From contig CAVNZM010000001.1 of assembly GCA_963693365.1 (NCBI GenBank), positions 15,300,418 to 15,364,417 on the forward strand: 64,000 nucleotides of DNA, read 5' to 3'. Origin of the DNA: Amoebidium appalachense (taxonomy: Eukaryota > Protista > Ichthyosporea). Of the stretch, positions 29,040 through 40,986 are shown piece after piece; position 1 is the stretch's first letter, and each line of letters starts with the position of its first letter. The position numbers and the translations under genes were made by a program. The notes beneath the pieces were generated by a model, which saw nothing but the letters and a program-made list of their open reading frames with translations, made no database searches and was not told the origin of the DNA.

Positions 29040-29190
29040 CGCCAATCAGAACACCTCCTTTTTTTAGACAACCAATAGGAGCCAGATAGATCCAGGGAGC
29101 CAATAGGCATTAGGAATCGGATGTCGATAGATTACTGGTCGTCCCGAGTCTATCTAATGACGTCACAAATGATGACATACAAATATACAG
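29040..29190 (+). promoter_or_regulatory. Putative promoter of the zinc-finger gene
   Basis: Three CCAAT boxes spaced about 30 bp apart (near 29042, 29072, 29100) and TGACGTCA at 29158. Confidence 0.4.
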
Positions 29191-29632
29191 GGAGTACAAA
29201 AGACACAAGCATCCACGGTAGGTTACCTTCAAAAGGGTTTGTTGTACGAAGAAATATAGTTAGGGCAATATCGCGGCAGAGCATAACACAAATCAGTCGC
29301 TCAACCAACTCAGCCACTGAGCACGAGAGGAGGCATCGAGCAAACCTTGTTGCAGCGAATTCGAGCGTCATTGTTTTTTAATCCTTGTATACAGCGCCCT
29401 GCCCCTATCAGGGAGAAACGCTATTTTCCCCACTCAACACCAAGAAACACAATTTAGTTTTGACAGGAAATCAAGCACCACGATTTTTCTAAAGACAGCT
29501 GCTTGATGGTACAGCATTCAACAATCAATATATGTTATTCAGTTGCCTACAAGTACCACCCCTCTCTTTTGGGATAAAAGTTCTCTGAGTAGGTTGTATA
29601 TTGACAGCGGAACACTCTCTACGTATACACCT

Positions 29633-30899
29633 ATGATGATGGTCGACACGCTTCCCTACACGTCGTTTTCCCATCCGACCGCCACATTGTCCACCTGTGC
29701 ACCAAACGCTGAAATGGACAATGAAAACAAACCAGAAACAGAGCCAAAGCTCTCAGAGGACATTTACGCCCTTCTGTGTGAACTGGCCTCTATGCCCGTC
29801 ACGGCCACACAAAACGAACAAAACACCTCGACCGACAATCATGCATTTCTGGCTATGCCTATCTGCGAAACTGATGCGTCCTGCGTGATTCCAACTCCAA
29901 GTTGGACCAATCAAATGCCTGATATGCGCGAATCTCCGCCGTCTGATTGGTCATTTGCACGCTCCAACAACCTCAGCCCACCTCCACTCCACCACTCGTC
30001 TAGTGCACCAAACATATCCCCTGCCCCCGTCGACTACGTTGCATTTTCGTGGGCCCTGGGAGAAACGGCGGTCCCAACGGACGTCTTTAATTTTTCGCCT
30101 TTGCCAAACGTCAGTTCATACCAACCCCCAAGATACCCTTATGCCCACTTTGGCGCTTGTAGTCCGGTTGATTTCATGGGCACAGACAGGAAAATGGCCG
30201 CACCAGCAATGACGTCAAATATGGAGACTCCTTTTATGCCCCGCACGTACAGCGACAACTCGATGCCTTTAATCTACTGCAGTACGGATCGCACGAGAGA
30301 TATCACCGGCACAGACGCACGAAAGGACAGTTTAAACCACAACATAAATCCACTCGGGTCGCCAAATTCCGCAGCAGAAGATGATTTCTCTATGTCAGAC
30401 CCGCACGTCCAAGCCTCTACACCGTCGGCAGAGGCTCTCGCTATGGGAATGATCAAGAGACGGAGGAGAACAAACGCGGAGCTGAAAAAATGCTACGAGT
30501 GCCCGTGGCCTGACTGCAACAAGACCTACGCATCCGACCATTCCCGCCAACAGGTAAATTTCACCTCATTTCCTAATCTTTGCAGCCGAATTCTGACTGT
30601 TTTTTCCTTGTTTCCTGCACTAGTAAGATACCTAACTGTGCATCCCCCCCCCCCCCCCCCCTCTCTCTCCCTCTCTCTCTCTCTCTCTCTCCGACCTTCC
30701 CAGGTCCCAAGGCCAGGCAGGGGGAAAAGTCGATAAATCAAATGCAGATATAAAAACGGAGCGAGCAAGGAAGGGATAGAGGGGAGGCAGGGGAGGAGGC
30801 TGGCAGGAGCATAAAGAAACAGAAGTAAATACACTGCTATGTGTCAAGGTAGGCGAATACTTAAAAAAAAAAAAAAAAATGAAAAATTAGAAGAAAATA

Positions 30900-30936
<37 letters not shown>

Positions 30937-31206
30937 ATAGAATCTTTGCACACCATCAGATCAGATCTAGCCATGCAACCTACGTAGCAGCTCCACTCAC
31001 CGTTGGTTTCCCTATCACAGCACATCCGCATCAAGCACACACGCACACACCCTTCGGTTCTGCGCCGGCTCAGCTCCAGCCCCGACCGGAACGCCCTAGT
31101 CTTCCGCCCACCCACCAATCACATGCTGATTCCTCACCCCCCCGTGCCGGGAAACTACCAGGGAAGGAGGCGGGCACACAGTATCGGATCACTCTCCGAA
31201 TACTAA
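29633..31206 (+). CDS. C2H2 zinc-finger protein (single finger with a preceding basic region), putative transcription factor
   Basis: Exon 29633-30553 (start uncertain) ends IKRRRRTNAELKKCYECPWPDCNKTYASDHSRQQ|gtaaat; exon 31021-31206 begins cag|HIRIKH, completing C-x4-C-x12-H-x4-H. Confidence 0.85.
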
Positions 31207-32221
31207 ATTTTGGCGAATATTAAATAGCATCGTTTTTATGGGTCATATCTCCGAATACGAAATCATTGGGCTTAGGCGGGGCAACCGAACAGTCATATTG
31301 CGTCATGTCATTCCCGTTAAATCGAATTATGATATCTCATTGGTTCAATTTCGACAAAAGATAGTCACTATTCAACACATTTAGCTGAAACCCGAAGTTA
31401 AGCCATGCCGGTTGCAGGAAAAAGCACACGGTTAGAGTCTGCGAATATCTACAACATTGGGTGCTGCCATATCTCAAAAATTGGATAGATCTACATATCA
31501 GGTGGATTGCACACCAGAGTATGAATAGCAAGAGACTGAATACGAAGGCATGATGCTGTAGTACAAATATTCTACCTGAGAATACGAATGCCTTTCCAGT
31601 ATTTGACAAAAACTGGTTTGATGGCCGGACCATCAGGTATGGTAACCGGCCAGCAAGCCGCACGTGAATATGAATATGACGTTGTTAATCATTCCGAAAA
31701 GTGAAAGAGTGGTAAATCTACAAGCAAACAAAAAGATATGTGCGAGTACCAGGACTGAATGTGCGCGGGCTAAAAAAAAAAAAAAAAAAAAAAAGACATG
31801 CGGTGCATGTAGACCACACGTACGAATGCCAATAAAACCAATAAAATCTTTGATGTTATATTTGGCGCACGTGTGCCAACTTGAAGCTGCTTTGGGTCAC
31901 GGAGCAAGTACCGTCACACGCATACACGTACACACACATATCATGCCCCATGGCCAATGGTCAAAATGGACAAGCACACGATGACACGCAAAGGAAACAG
32001 TGATGTAGCAAACACATTGGCTGGCAGTCCACACACGTGCGCACGAACTTGCGTCGGGCACCGCCATACACATTGCACACATGTGCAAGTGCATACACAC
32101 ACGTACGTAACCACACGTGCGTCACATCCGTGCACGCGCGCGCATGCACACGCGCGCACCCAAGCGCGCGTGCACACACACACAACACAGACACACACAC
32201 ACATGCACACACACACACATG

Positions 32222-32262
<41 letters not shown>

Positions 32263-32352
32263 AATCACATACATGTGTGTGTGCGCGCACGCGTCACATC
32301 CGTACGTACACACACACAAACACACACACACACGCGCACCGCAAGCACACCG

Positions 32353-32407
<55 letters not shown>

Positions 32408-32942
32408 AATGCACGGACCCACTGTCCCTCTTTCTCTCTCTCCTTCTTTCTCCCATTCACTCTCTTTCCCTCTCTCTGCGTTGTAATTCTCAGTGGATCA
32501 AGAATCAAATCGGAGCCACCCCCCCCCCCCCCCCCAAAAAAAAAAAAAAAAAAAAAAACCCCTTAGCCTCGGCCTTCGAAGCTTCCCCTCCCTGAGGGGC
32601 CCTCACCCATCCCAGTTTTCTTCCCCCCCCCCCCCCCCCCTCCCCCCTCTCCCCCCCCCCCCCCCCCCCCCCCCGCCCGGCAAACCCTCCCTCCCCCCTC
32701 CCCCCTCCCCTCCCCCCAGCACCCCCCTACCCCACCCCCACACACACCAGCATCCGCGGCCCCCATGCAGAAAGCCCCACCTCAACAAGTATCAAAGTGG
32801 GGTCCCGCATCCCCCCCCCCCACCCACCCACCCACCCACCCACCACCCAAAAAAAAAAAAAAAATGCCAACTTCGGCTCCAGGCTTCTCCGAAGCTTTCC
32901 CCTCCCCGAGAGACCCTTACCCATCCCCGTTGCTTCTCCCCC

Positions 32943-32997
<55 letters not shown>

Positions 32998-34311
32998 ACC
33001 ACCATCAGCCCCCATGCAGAAAGCCTCCCCCTCTCCCCCCACCCCTCCCCCTCTTGCCCCACCCACCCACCCACCCCCCATCTCCTTCTCTGGGGGAGTA
33101 GTCATCTTTCACAGTGCGCGTGTGCCATATCTGGCAGTGTGCTCCTTTGGTAGCTTACGTAACACTCATTTTACCATCATATCTTGTGTTTTTGGGCACC
33201 CCTGGTCTCAACTGCACATCCTTCACACTGTGTAAGAATACCGAGATGCCTCACGTGGATGAGGGCAACGATTCCCAAGGAAGGGGCCTGGTATGGGATG
33301 GGATATATAGGCACGAATGGCGGTGACACCACTTTCGTAAGTTTATTATTCATGGCCTTTATTTTCGACTGCATAAACAAACGTCAACGTTGCAAATGAC
33401 AAGGCCGGTGGGCGAGCATAAACGCTACTACGGCATACAGTGGTGGCGGAGGGAAACATTAACAAAACATGTACGTATGAAGATCCCAAGAAAAAAAGTA
33501 GGTCACGGAGAACCCTGCAAGAGTCACTCTCACAATAAAAACATGCGCTATACATTCAGTAAAAGGAGCACGCCTACGGGCAGTTATCAAGCAAGTGGCA
33601 GCAAAATAAGGCGACGGAAGCACATCACACACAAACGAACTGAGAGTGTACATAACCGATTAGCAAAGTGGTGCCGACCGTGCAGCTCCCTCGTGCACCA
33701 GCTGCATAACTTCAACACAACGAAAGCAATTCTGGAGAAAGAGAGAGACAAATAGTGCACACTAGGGATGAAAACACTGTCAGGGTGGTCAGGGGAGCGC
33801 TTTTGGCTTTAACACTCAATGACACTGGTGCAGCTTGTGACCAAATGCACGATTGCCTACATACTAATTAATTAGTAACAGAAAGATTAAGGGAAGGAAC
33901 ATAGTTAGACTTACGAAGTAAAAAGAGGAGGAGGTCGAAGATGGAGAGGTTGGGGGAGCTCAGGGTCGTATTCCACGAGAGCGTTGGGGGGTTGGGTAGG
34001 TGGATGTGGCATGACGATGCGGGATGCGGCATGATGCATGATGAGCCTGCGTCTAGGGCAAACACAAGAATAGCACACGGCGAGTCTATAGTTGGTTATA
34101 ACTACTATGTTTTGAAAGCTTTTTTGCCTTGCCTAAATGTCAAAAAAAGGAGAGCATGAAAACGTCAACACAAATACATGTTTTGTTCTTTTGTTCTGTC
34201 ACTGCGCAGTGACACACAGATTCGCCGCCACACTCAAGCTTGGCCAGGATTACCGAGGCTTATAAAACATCTGCAGCCGACCGCAACGTTGCTGCCCGCC
34301 CTACACCATAA

Positions 34312-34342
<31 letters not shown>

Positions 34343-34769
34343 CATGGAAAATTACATTTCGTCTTCTTTAGGGGGCGCAAAACAAAGTTGACTAACCAGA
34401 TTTGAGGGGGATCTAGCAATTATTTTTTAATTTATGTTTTCCGTTACTTTTATTCGATGTAGTTGTATTGAAGGAATGTGTGGGTAGATTCCCCTTAGCT
34501 CCCCTTTGATCTTAAAAATGTGTAACATTTTTCTGCATGCTTTGTAAACAACTCAATCACAGGACATAATCTGTCACTGATTACCTGTTGCTAGTGTTGC
34601 TTATTAAATATTTTGTTGCAAGCTACTTGCATTTTATTCATTACACATGACTATTTTTCGAGTTATAGTCCCACCTAGCATTCAAATTTCATGATTCAAA
34701 TTTCAAACCTTCAAAATTTCAGTTAATTGCAAAGTGTGCAACTTTTTCGAAGACCACTTCCTTTCGATT

Positions 34770-35024
34770 GGCCGGCCTTCCTATTCCTGTTCAGAGCACC
34801 TATGACTATTTGGGTATTCCTTTTACTGCACGGGGTATTGATTTCCGCAAGCTCCTCACAGCACGGATCGCTCGTGCGAAGGGTAAGCTTCACATCGTGT
34901 CAAATATGTTTCAACAGGAGTCTGTGATCCATCCTGCGAACCTTCTTCTCTACTATAAAACTTTTTTACGGCCGACTTTCGAATATGGACTTCCGCTATT
35001 GGCCTGCGCCCCACCTCGCGAGGC
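34770..35024 (+). mobile_element. LINE reverse-transcriptase C-terminal fragment
   Basis: IPVQSTYDYLGIPF..RIARAKG..LLYYKTFLRPTFEYG, matching the typical non-LTR RT 'YxYLG...LYKxxIRPxLEYG' motifs. Confidence 0.8.
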
Positions 35025-35039
35025 TGCCACCTACTGAGA

Positions 35040-35154
35040 TGGCTCCTTATTTTTCCTTACACATTCAGCGAACACTGGACTCCATCGAACCGTCGAGGCG
35101 CCGCGACAGAAAGCATGCACGCGGTCGCGAGAGTGTAAGGAAAAATCGGAGCCA
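35040..35154. mobile_element. MITE-like element with about 22-bp terminal inverted repeats
   Basis: TGGCTCCTTATTTTTCCTTACAC ... GTGTAAGGAAAAATCGGAGCCA. Confidence 0.55.
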
Positions 35155-35866
35155 CCAACGATGACTGCATCATGCTGTCCGGCGATTGGCTGATGTTCAA
35201 AGCTGCCCATCTATTGGTCTCTGGTTAATATATGATAATACAGGGTTGACTCAGATGAGATCGCATAATCGCTGGTGCAGTTAAACCATAGCCCATTTAA
35301 TCCTGAAAGGCCACAAAACGATGAAACGATCAAAAAGATGACACACAGTATACGTAAGGTTGACGGTGTTAGAAACAGGTTACAGACACAGGCACATAGT
35401 AAGCAGCTGCAACCGAGAGTATTAATAATAGGCTGTGACCAACGGTTTGTGACGGTGTTAACAGACAGACATAAGACACACGGAGGAGTCCGGTACCGGT
35501 ACTGAACGGTCGAAGAGGTTTGAATTCGAGCGGGAATGAATGACGTTATGCATGACGTTATCAATGCCTTGTCAGCGATTGCATCAAAATCATGCAAAGA
35601 AATCAAATTTGCTTCGCTTCGAGCCTTTTCACTGAATGGCTGTTTAATTTTTTTAAAAATTGCCTCAAGGTGGGGTCAAAACGCACGCGCTGGAATCGAA
35701 AGGCAAAACATCCTGGCACACGTATTTCCGAACTGATTGGTTGCATATCATGGTGGTTCGAGTCTAGCCGATTCGATTGGTTAGGTGACGATAAAACCGT
35801 ACGTGTGCCCGTCTGCAGCGAACGTAAAGTTCATCGCAGCGCGTGCACACCGTCAGTACGTGTGAG

Positions 35867-36774
35867 CTCGCGAGGCGGCAATGGCGCTGAACGAGTTCGA
35901 CGATTTTCAGGGTACTACGCTACGCACTTTGTTTCGTACTCGGTTTGTGCCTCCCTTAATCAGTATGTTTGGTTTGTCGTCTGCTGTTTGTCGTATGGAG
36001 GAATTGTCTCTTCGTTTTTGTCTTCATTTAGTTAGGCTACCTGATGGTCACCCTCTTTATGCTTTCTTTCCCCCCCTCCCTCCATTCCTCTTCCCCCCCG
36101 ATTCACCAACGCTACTTCTGAATGTCCTCAGCCTACCCTCTTTCCACCTGATTCTTCCTCTCGCTATCTCACTCCCTCTTTCTTTTCTCTTCCTGTTTTT
36201 TCTGCCTTTTCGCGTTATTACCATACGCAGTATAAGTTTCTTTCTCGTTCTGATAGAGAAATCAAAGGTAAAACTCAGTCGGCATGTGTTATGTTCCTTA
36301 GGCAACACCGTACTGATCATTATCGCTTTTTGGGAGCTTTGGCAGGATACATTTCTCCTGCTGTACGTATGGATACCACCCTAGTAGATAAGTCTGTATG
36401 GTGCTCTGATGTTGATATTGCCTGGGAAGTTGTGCAGTGGCGCTGTAATTCTTGTTTTCATCGCCGCTGGTGCCACTTTTGTGCTGACCTTTTTAATCGC
36501 AAGCATGTTGATAGGTGTGAATTTTTATGTCGCGTTTTACCCCTTTCCCTCCGGGTATCTGCTACACTAGCTGGCAATGTGAACACTTTAGACTTTTTGT
36601 TGAATTCTGTTGGTCGTCACATTGAGTATTTATATGATTTTCACACAGTGTTCAGGTATCTCAGTATGCACTTGTTACTGGATAACTCGTGAAGTTTTTT
36701 ATTGTCTTCTCAGTATGCCGTGCATACTTGTCATATCTTTCCGTCGAATAAATCCAGTCAAAAGAAAAAAAAAA
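35867..36774 (+). mobile_element. LINE 3' part with CCHC knuckle, AATAAA and poly(A) tail
   Basis: REAAMALNEFDDFQGTTLRTLF continues the 34770 fragment; CHFCADLFNRKHVDRC knuckle; AATAAA at 36747 and A-tail 36760-36774; a second copy lies at 15115-15918. Confidence 0.8.
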
Positions 36775-37189
36775 TTTCACCGTCTGTGCATTCAACCCAC
36801 TCATGAGCAGGTTCTGGGGGAGTCTCGGGTAATGCGCTTACCACCAATCATCTGCGTTTCAGGTATGCAATGGAACGCAAAGCTTCGAATGTCAACGGTC
36901 AAGTTATTTTTGTTTCAAACGCGCATACGGCGTGACGGGTGTAGCTGTGCTTTGCTTGGTCAAATATCAGAAGTTGTTTCCCTAAACGTTTCCCTTCCAC
37001 GCTTGTGGCATTGTAAAGGGCACATGGCCTAATCGTAGTGGCGTGGGTATAGAAAAGAACATTGTTTAGCCCCTTTAATCATCCTGGTTCACAGTCGCAC
37101 TTCACTCTCATTTGTTAGCATCGTAAACCAATATGCCCAATGCACAACGGATAATTAGATTAGCAAGACCAACACCGCCTTAGGAATGA

Positions 37190-40100
37190 ATGCACGCAGG
37201 CAGTGAAAAAATGGCCAAGACTTTGGCTTCCGCAGCATTTTCCGCTTCTCTGGTTCATACCGTTTTGCCCGCAACGATTAGCGTTTCTCCGGGGGCAAAC
37301 ACACTCCTAACGGCCATAAATTCTGCCTCCCCCCACGACACGGTTTCATTGCCTGCTGGGGTCTATGATGTCGACAAAACCGTAGTAATTGATAAGCCTA
37401 TTTGGGTACGTGGTGCAGGTAGTGGGACAATCGTTAGATTGGCGGGAAAGAAACTGCCTCTTTCGATTCGAATTACCAACCTTGGGGCTGCTGTTAGTGG
37501 CGTTTCAATTGAAGACGTCGACAGCAAACAGACCTGTTCGTTTGCAAACGAAGGGCTCCAGAATACGACGCTGGACCTTTCCTCGAGCAATGTCGACGCA
37601 AGCAACACACTCAACGTACTGGGTAAATTGGGAAGATGGCGGGAAAATCAAAAAGTGTCGACGGTGATGGTTTCAAAGTGCTCACTAGGAGGCGAGCCTC
37701 CCCGACGAGCTCAGCAACCACGTGCAGGTGTTCAAAGTGCCATCATCGACGCGTACTTGACCATTTCCACTAGTTGCACAGCCCAAATAGGTTTCCGCAT
37801 TGCCTCGAGTCGCCTAAACGAATGTTCACAGCCCCCCAATGCTTCACCCGACGCACCGGTTCGAAATTTCGACGTACAGGTACTATTCACGGACGTAGCA
37901 AGTAGTTTCTCGTCGGTTGAAACGAAGCCCCCCCAAAATACAACCCTGCAACCAAGTCTAGCCGCAACGACAAGTATGAGCGTTCTGACAACTACGGCGG
38001 GTGCACTAGGTACGTCGCCTACTAGCAGTGTTCCGCCATCATTGTTGGGCACCTCTTCGATGAGTGCAAACGGTACTTTGTTGTCAACGAGTGCAAGTGG
38101 TAGTTCGCCATCAAAAACGGCGGCAGACCCGTCCAGCACAGTTCCGGGCAGTCAACCAGCAGCTGCAATTGCACCGGCAGTTTCGACACATCAGTCTTCC
38201 ACACATACGACTACTACACCCGCTCCAGTGGCTCAGACAATCGTCGCACAAAGCACCACACATACCACCCACGTCTCAGTAGCAACAACCGCACACCATC
38301 AGGTTGGCTCTGTATCAACTGCACAACCCTCTTCCTCCCTTTCTTTTTCTCCTTCTTCTACAGTCTCAATACTTTCTTCCCCTTCCGTGCTTGCTGAAAC
38401 CCACGACTCCGCTTCTGAAACACACCAGTCGCCTTCCACTTCTTCCTCTATCTCTTTCAGTTTTCCCACACCAGCACCACCAACACCGACTAACACGAAC
38501 ACTCCAAACACTTTGTCTTCCATTTCACAACCAACCACACCGGCAACTGTTCAATCACAGGCACCTTCCATAATCAGTAACAAACAACGGCGCAGTGCAA
38601 GCGCTCAAACTTCAACGAACCCACCATCACCTCTCCCCAACGGAAATTCCACAACAAATACCGGAGGTACAGGTGCTACCTCCTTACCCTCCAAAACAGC
38701 AGCTAGCTCAACCACGGCGACAACAATCGGTTCCCCCTCTTCCGTTTCTTCATTGTCTACACTTTCTTCATTTTCTGCTTCTAGTGCACCCACGGCGCCC
38801 CCTTCTGTTCTCACCCAATCAACCACCGCAAACACAACGACAACACATGCTTCCATAGCAATTGTAACCTCCACCACCACCGCCCACACGAGCGCCGCCG
38901 CGGTTTCGGGAACGGGCAACACATCGCAAGGCTCAACGGCGGAGGGGGTTTTAGGCATATGGAACGACACGGTGCATGACAGGCTGGCGCTTGTGACGTT
39001 CCAAACCAACGGCACAGGGTTAAACATCAGCGGGTTCAACGTCTACATGACGACATCCAACGCAACCACGAACCCAACCACCACCGTCGGTGTTAACCTC
39101 ACCCTCCCTTACCCCTTTATAGTCACCCCCAATGCTCAGGGGCAGATGATGATCGGGGAGGGTTCCAACGCAAGCAACCCTCCCACCGCATGGCACTTAC
39201 ACAAGCCGTGCAACCATCTAAAACCCGATTCCATTTGCCATCAGATGCCCTTTTTTGACGTGGGGGAGTGCAACATTCAGGGAAATTACACGTTTCTTAC
39301 CGTCCCCGTGTTCTGCCAGGGCCCACAATGCCCGCCGACGCGGATCACCGCCGTCAACGTAACGTTGAAACTCCTGCGTGCGCGTGTGTGCTCGGTCGAG
39401 TCGTCCATTACTCCGTCGTTCAGTATCGCCACCGATCCCACATACAGCGAGATGAAGAAAACCGGACCGCTTCACGTTGGTGACGACACATATTGGGCAT
39501 TTCCGGTCAAATCTTCGGACCCCACAGTGAATTTTACTAACGCGAGAGTGGTCGGAGTTTCGCGGGAGGTCCCGGACGGAAACTGCACGGTGTATCCAGA
39601 CCCCATGGGCGAACTCCCGAATTTCGTGCAGAATTTCACGTGGGGGGGAAACAACAGCAAGGAGAGGTCGCTGCACGTGACCATACCCATGACCATCGAG
39701 CTAGCCTGCGGGGTTCCCGAGAAATTTCAAACCACGCCGAAATTCACGTTTACCATCCAGGTTGATTACGTCGACAATTACGGCGGCAGGCGCCGCTCTG
39801 CCCCCCTCAGCCGATCGCCCGGATCCTTACACTTACCTAATTTGTCAGGTGGCGGGGTTCGATCTCGCCGCTCGCTCTACTTCACGTATAACGTCCCAGC
39901 GGGATATCCCGACGGCGTGACGTATACAATTTTCGATGTCGAGCCGTATTTTGGACCCCAGGAAGGACATTCCAGCACGTCACAGCAGGTGGAAAACGCG
40001 ACGATGGGCAATTGGGCGGACGCAAATCAGACGTCAGTGTATCTACCGTCGCATCAGGGTGAAGATGCGATCCCGATTATCATGGCCGTTCTGATATTTA

Positions 40101-40390
40101 TGTTGGTGGCGGCGCTTTTCCTTATCGGGTGGTTGTGGATTCGCCTTTTGCTGCTCGGAAATGGGGTGGTTCCACTGAGGGAAATCAGTTTTGAGACTAG
40201 CACCAAAATCACGGTAGTTTCAAATGTACGGGATAGTGCCCAGTTGTCTGTAGTGTCTAGTACGGCAAAAAGCTCCCCGCCGTCAAATGGGGTCCTCCCC
40301 ACCCAGAGGGTTGTTAGTTCGATAGAGCTGGCCGAAATTCCCTCATGTCATAGCAGGCAAAATACCACCAGCGCGGGGGGGTCGGCGTAG
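37190..40390 (+). CDS. Intronless type I membrane / mucin-stalk surface protein with a pectin-lyase-like N-terminus
   Basis: 1066-aa ORF with a possible signal peptide (MAKTLASAAFSASLVHTVLP), the beta-helix entry motif VSPGANTLLTAINSASPHDTVSLPAGVY, about 350 aa of S/T/P-rich stalk, a Cys-containing domain with many NxS/T sites, basic sites RRRS and RSRRS, and the TM segment IPIIMAVLIFMLVAALFLIGWLWI. Confidence 0.85.
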   Translation: MHAGSEKMAKTLASAAFSASLVHTVLPATISVSPGANTLLTAINSASPHDTVSLPAGVYDVDKTVVIDKPIWVRGAGSGTIVRLAGKKLPLSIRITNLGAAVSGVSIEDVDSKQTCSFANEGLQNTTLDLSSSNVDASNTLNVLGKLGRWRENQKVSTVMVSKCSLGGEPPRRAQQPRAGVQSAIIDAYLTISTSCTAQIGFRIASSRLNECSQPPNASPDAPVRNFDVQVLFTDVASSFSSVETKPPQNTTLQPSLAATTSMSVLTTTAGALGTSPTSSVPPSLLGTSSMSANGTLLSTSASGSSPSKTAADPSSTVPGSQPAAAIAPAVSTHQSSTHTTTTPAPVAQTIVAQSTTHTTHVSVATTAHHQVGSVSTAQPSSSLSFSPSSTVSILSSPSVLAETHDSASETHQSPSTSSSISFSFPTPAPPTPTNTNTPNTLSSISQPTTPATVQSQAPSIISNKQRRSASAQTSTNPPSPLPNGNSTTNTGGTGATSLPSKTAASSTTATTIGSPSSVSSLSTLSSFSASSAPTAPPSVLTQSTTANTTTTHASIAIVTSTTTAHTSAAAVSGTGNTSQGSTAEGVLGIWNDTVHDRLALVTFQTNGTGLNISGFNVYMTTSNATTNPTTTVGVNLTLPYPFIVTPNAQGQMMIGEGSNASNPPTAWHLHKPCNHLKPDSICHQMPFFDVGECNIQGNYTFLTVPVFCQGPQCPPTRITAVNVTLKLLRARVCSVESSITPSFSIATDPTYSEMKKTGPLHVGDDTYWAFPVKSSDPTVNFTNARVVGVSREVPDGNCTVYPDPMGELPNFVQNFTWGGNNSKERSLHVTIPMTIELACGVPEKFQTTPKFTFTIQVDYVDNYGGRRRSAPLSRSPGSLHLPNLSGGGVRSRRSLYFTYNVPAGYPDGVTYTIFDVEPYFGPQEGHSSTSQQVENATMGNWADANQTSVYLPSHQGEDAIPIIMAVLIFMLVAALFLIGWLWIRLLLLGNGVVPLREISFETSTKITVVSNVRDSAQLSVVSSTAKSSPPSNGVLPTQRVVSSIELAEIPSCHSRQNTTSAGGSA

Positions 40391-40902
40391 CCTATTTTAG
40401 TCCATTGGTGGTGTTTGGACTGTGGCTGATACTTATTTAACCCTGTACGTTTTTTCTTGTCATTTCGTTGCGATATGTTTGTTACGGTGGTGGCTTTTAC
40501 CTTTTTTGTATCGTCTTATCGCCTCTAGGGTTAGCGAACTTAGTATCAGGAACCTTTTTTTTTTTTTTTTTTTTTTTTTTGAACCCCTGTCTTGAAGTTA
40601 TGTTTCTTGGACATATAACGACGTCATCCTAGGAAAACGAAACCAAACACACGAAAGAGCATCGTTGTTATGATGATCTTAATTAATAATATATTGTATA
40701 GTAAATGCTGATATTTCATTTCAGCTCGGCTCCGTCAACTTCATAACCACCAGGTTCCCTGTTCTTTACCCCTTCCCCCTCCCTCCCCCCCCCCCCCCCC
40801 CCCCCTTTTCCCCCTTCTCTCTCCTCCGCCCATCTCTAGTACACACACACATTCCTTCCTCACCCCCCCTTCCCACATCTCCCCAGCTCTCCCGACGGTC
40901 TT

Positions 40903-40986
<84 letters not shown>

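Noticed and set aside
33763-33773. TAGGGATGAAA, identical to the Ac/Ds hAT terminal repeat
   Set aside because: No matching inverted partner or transposase was found in the window.
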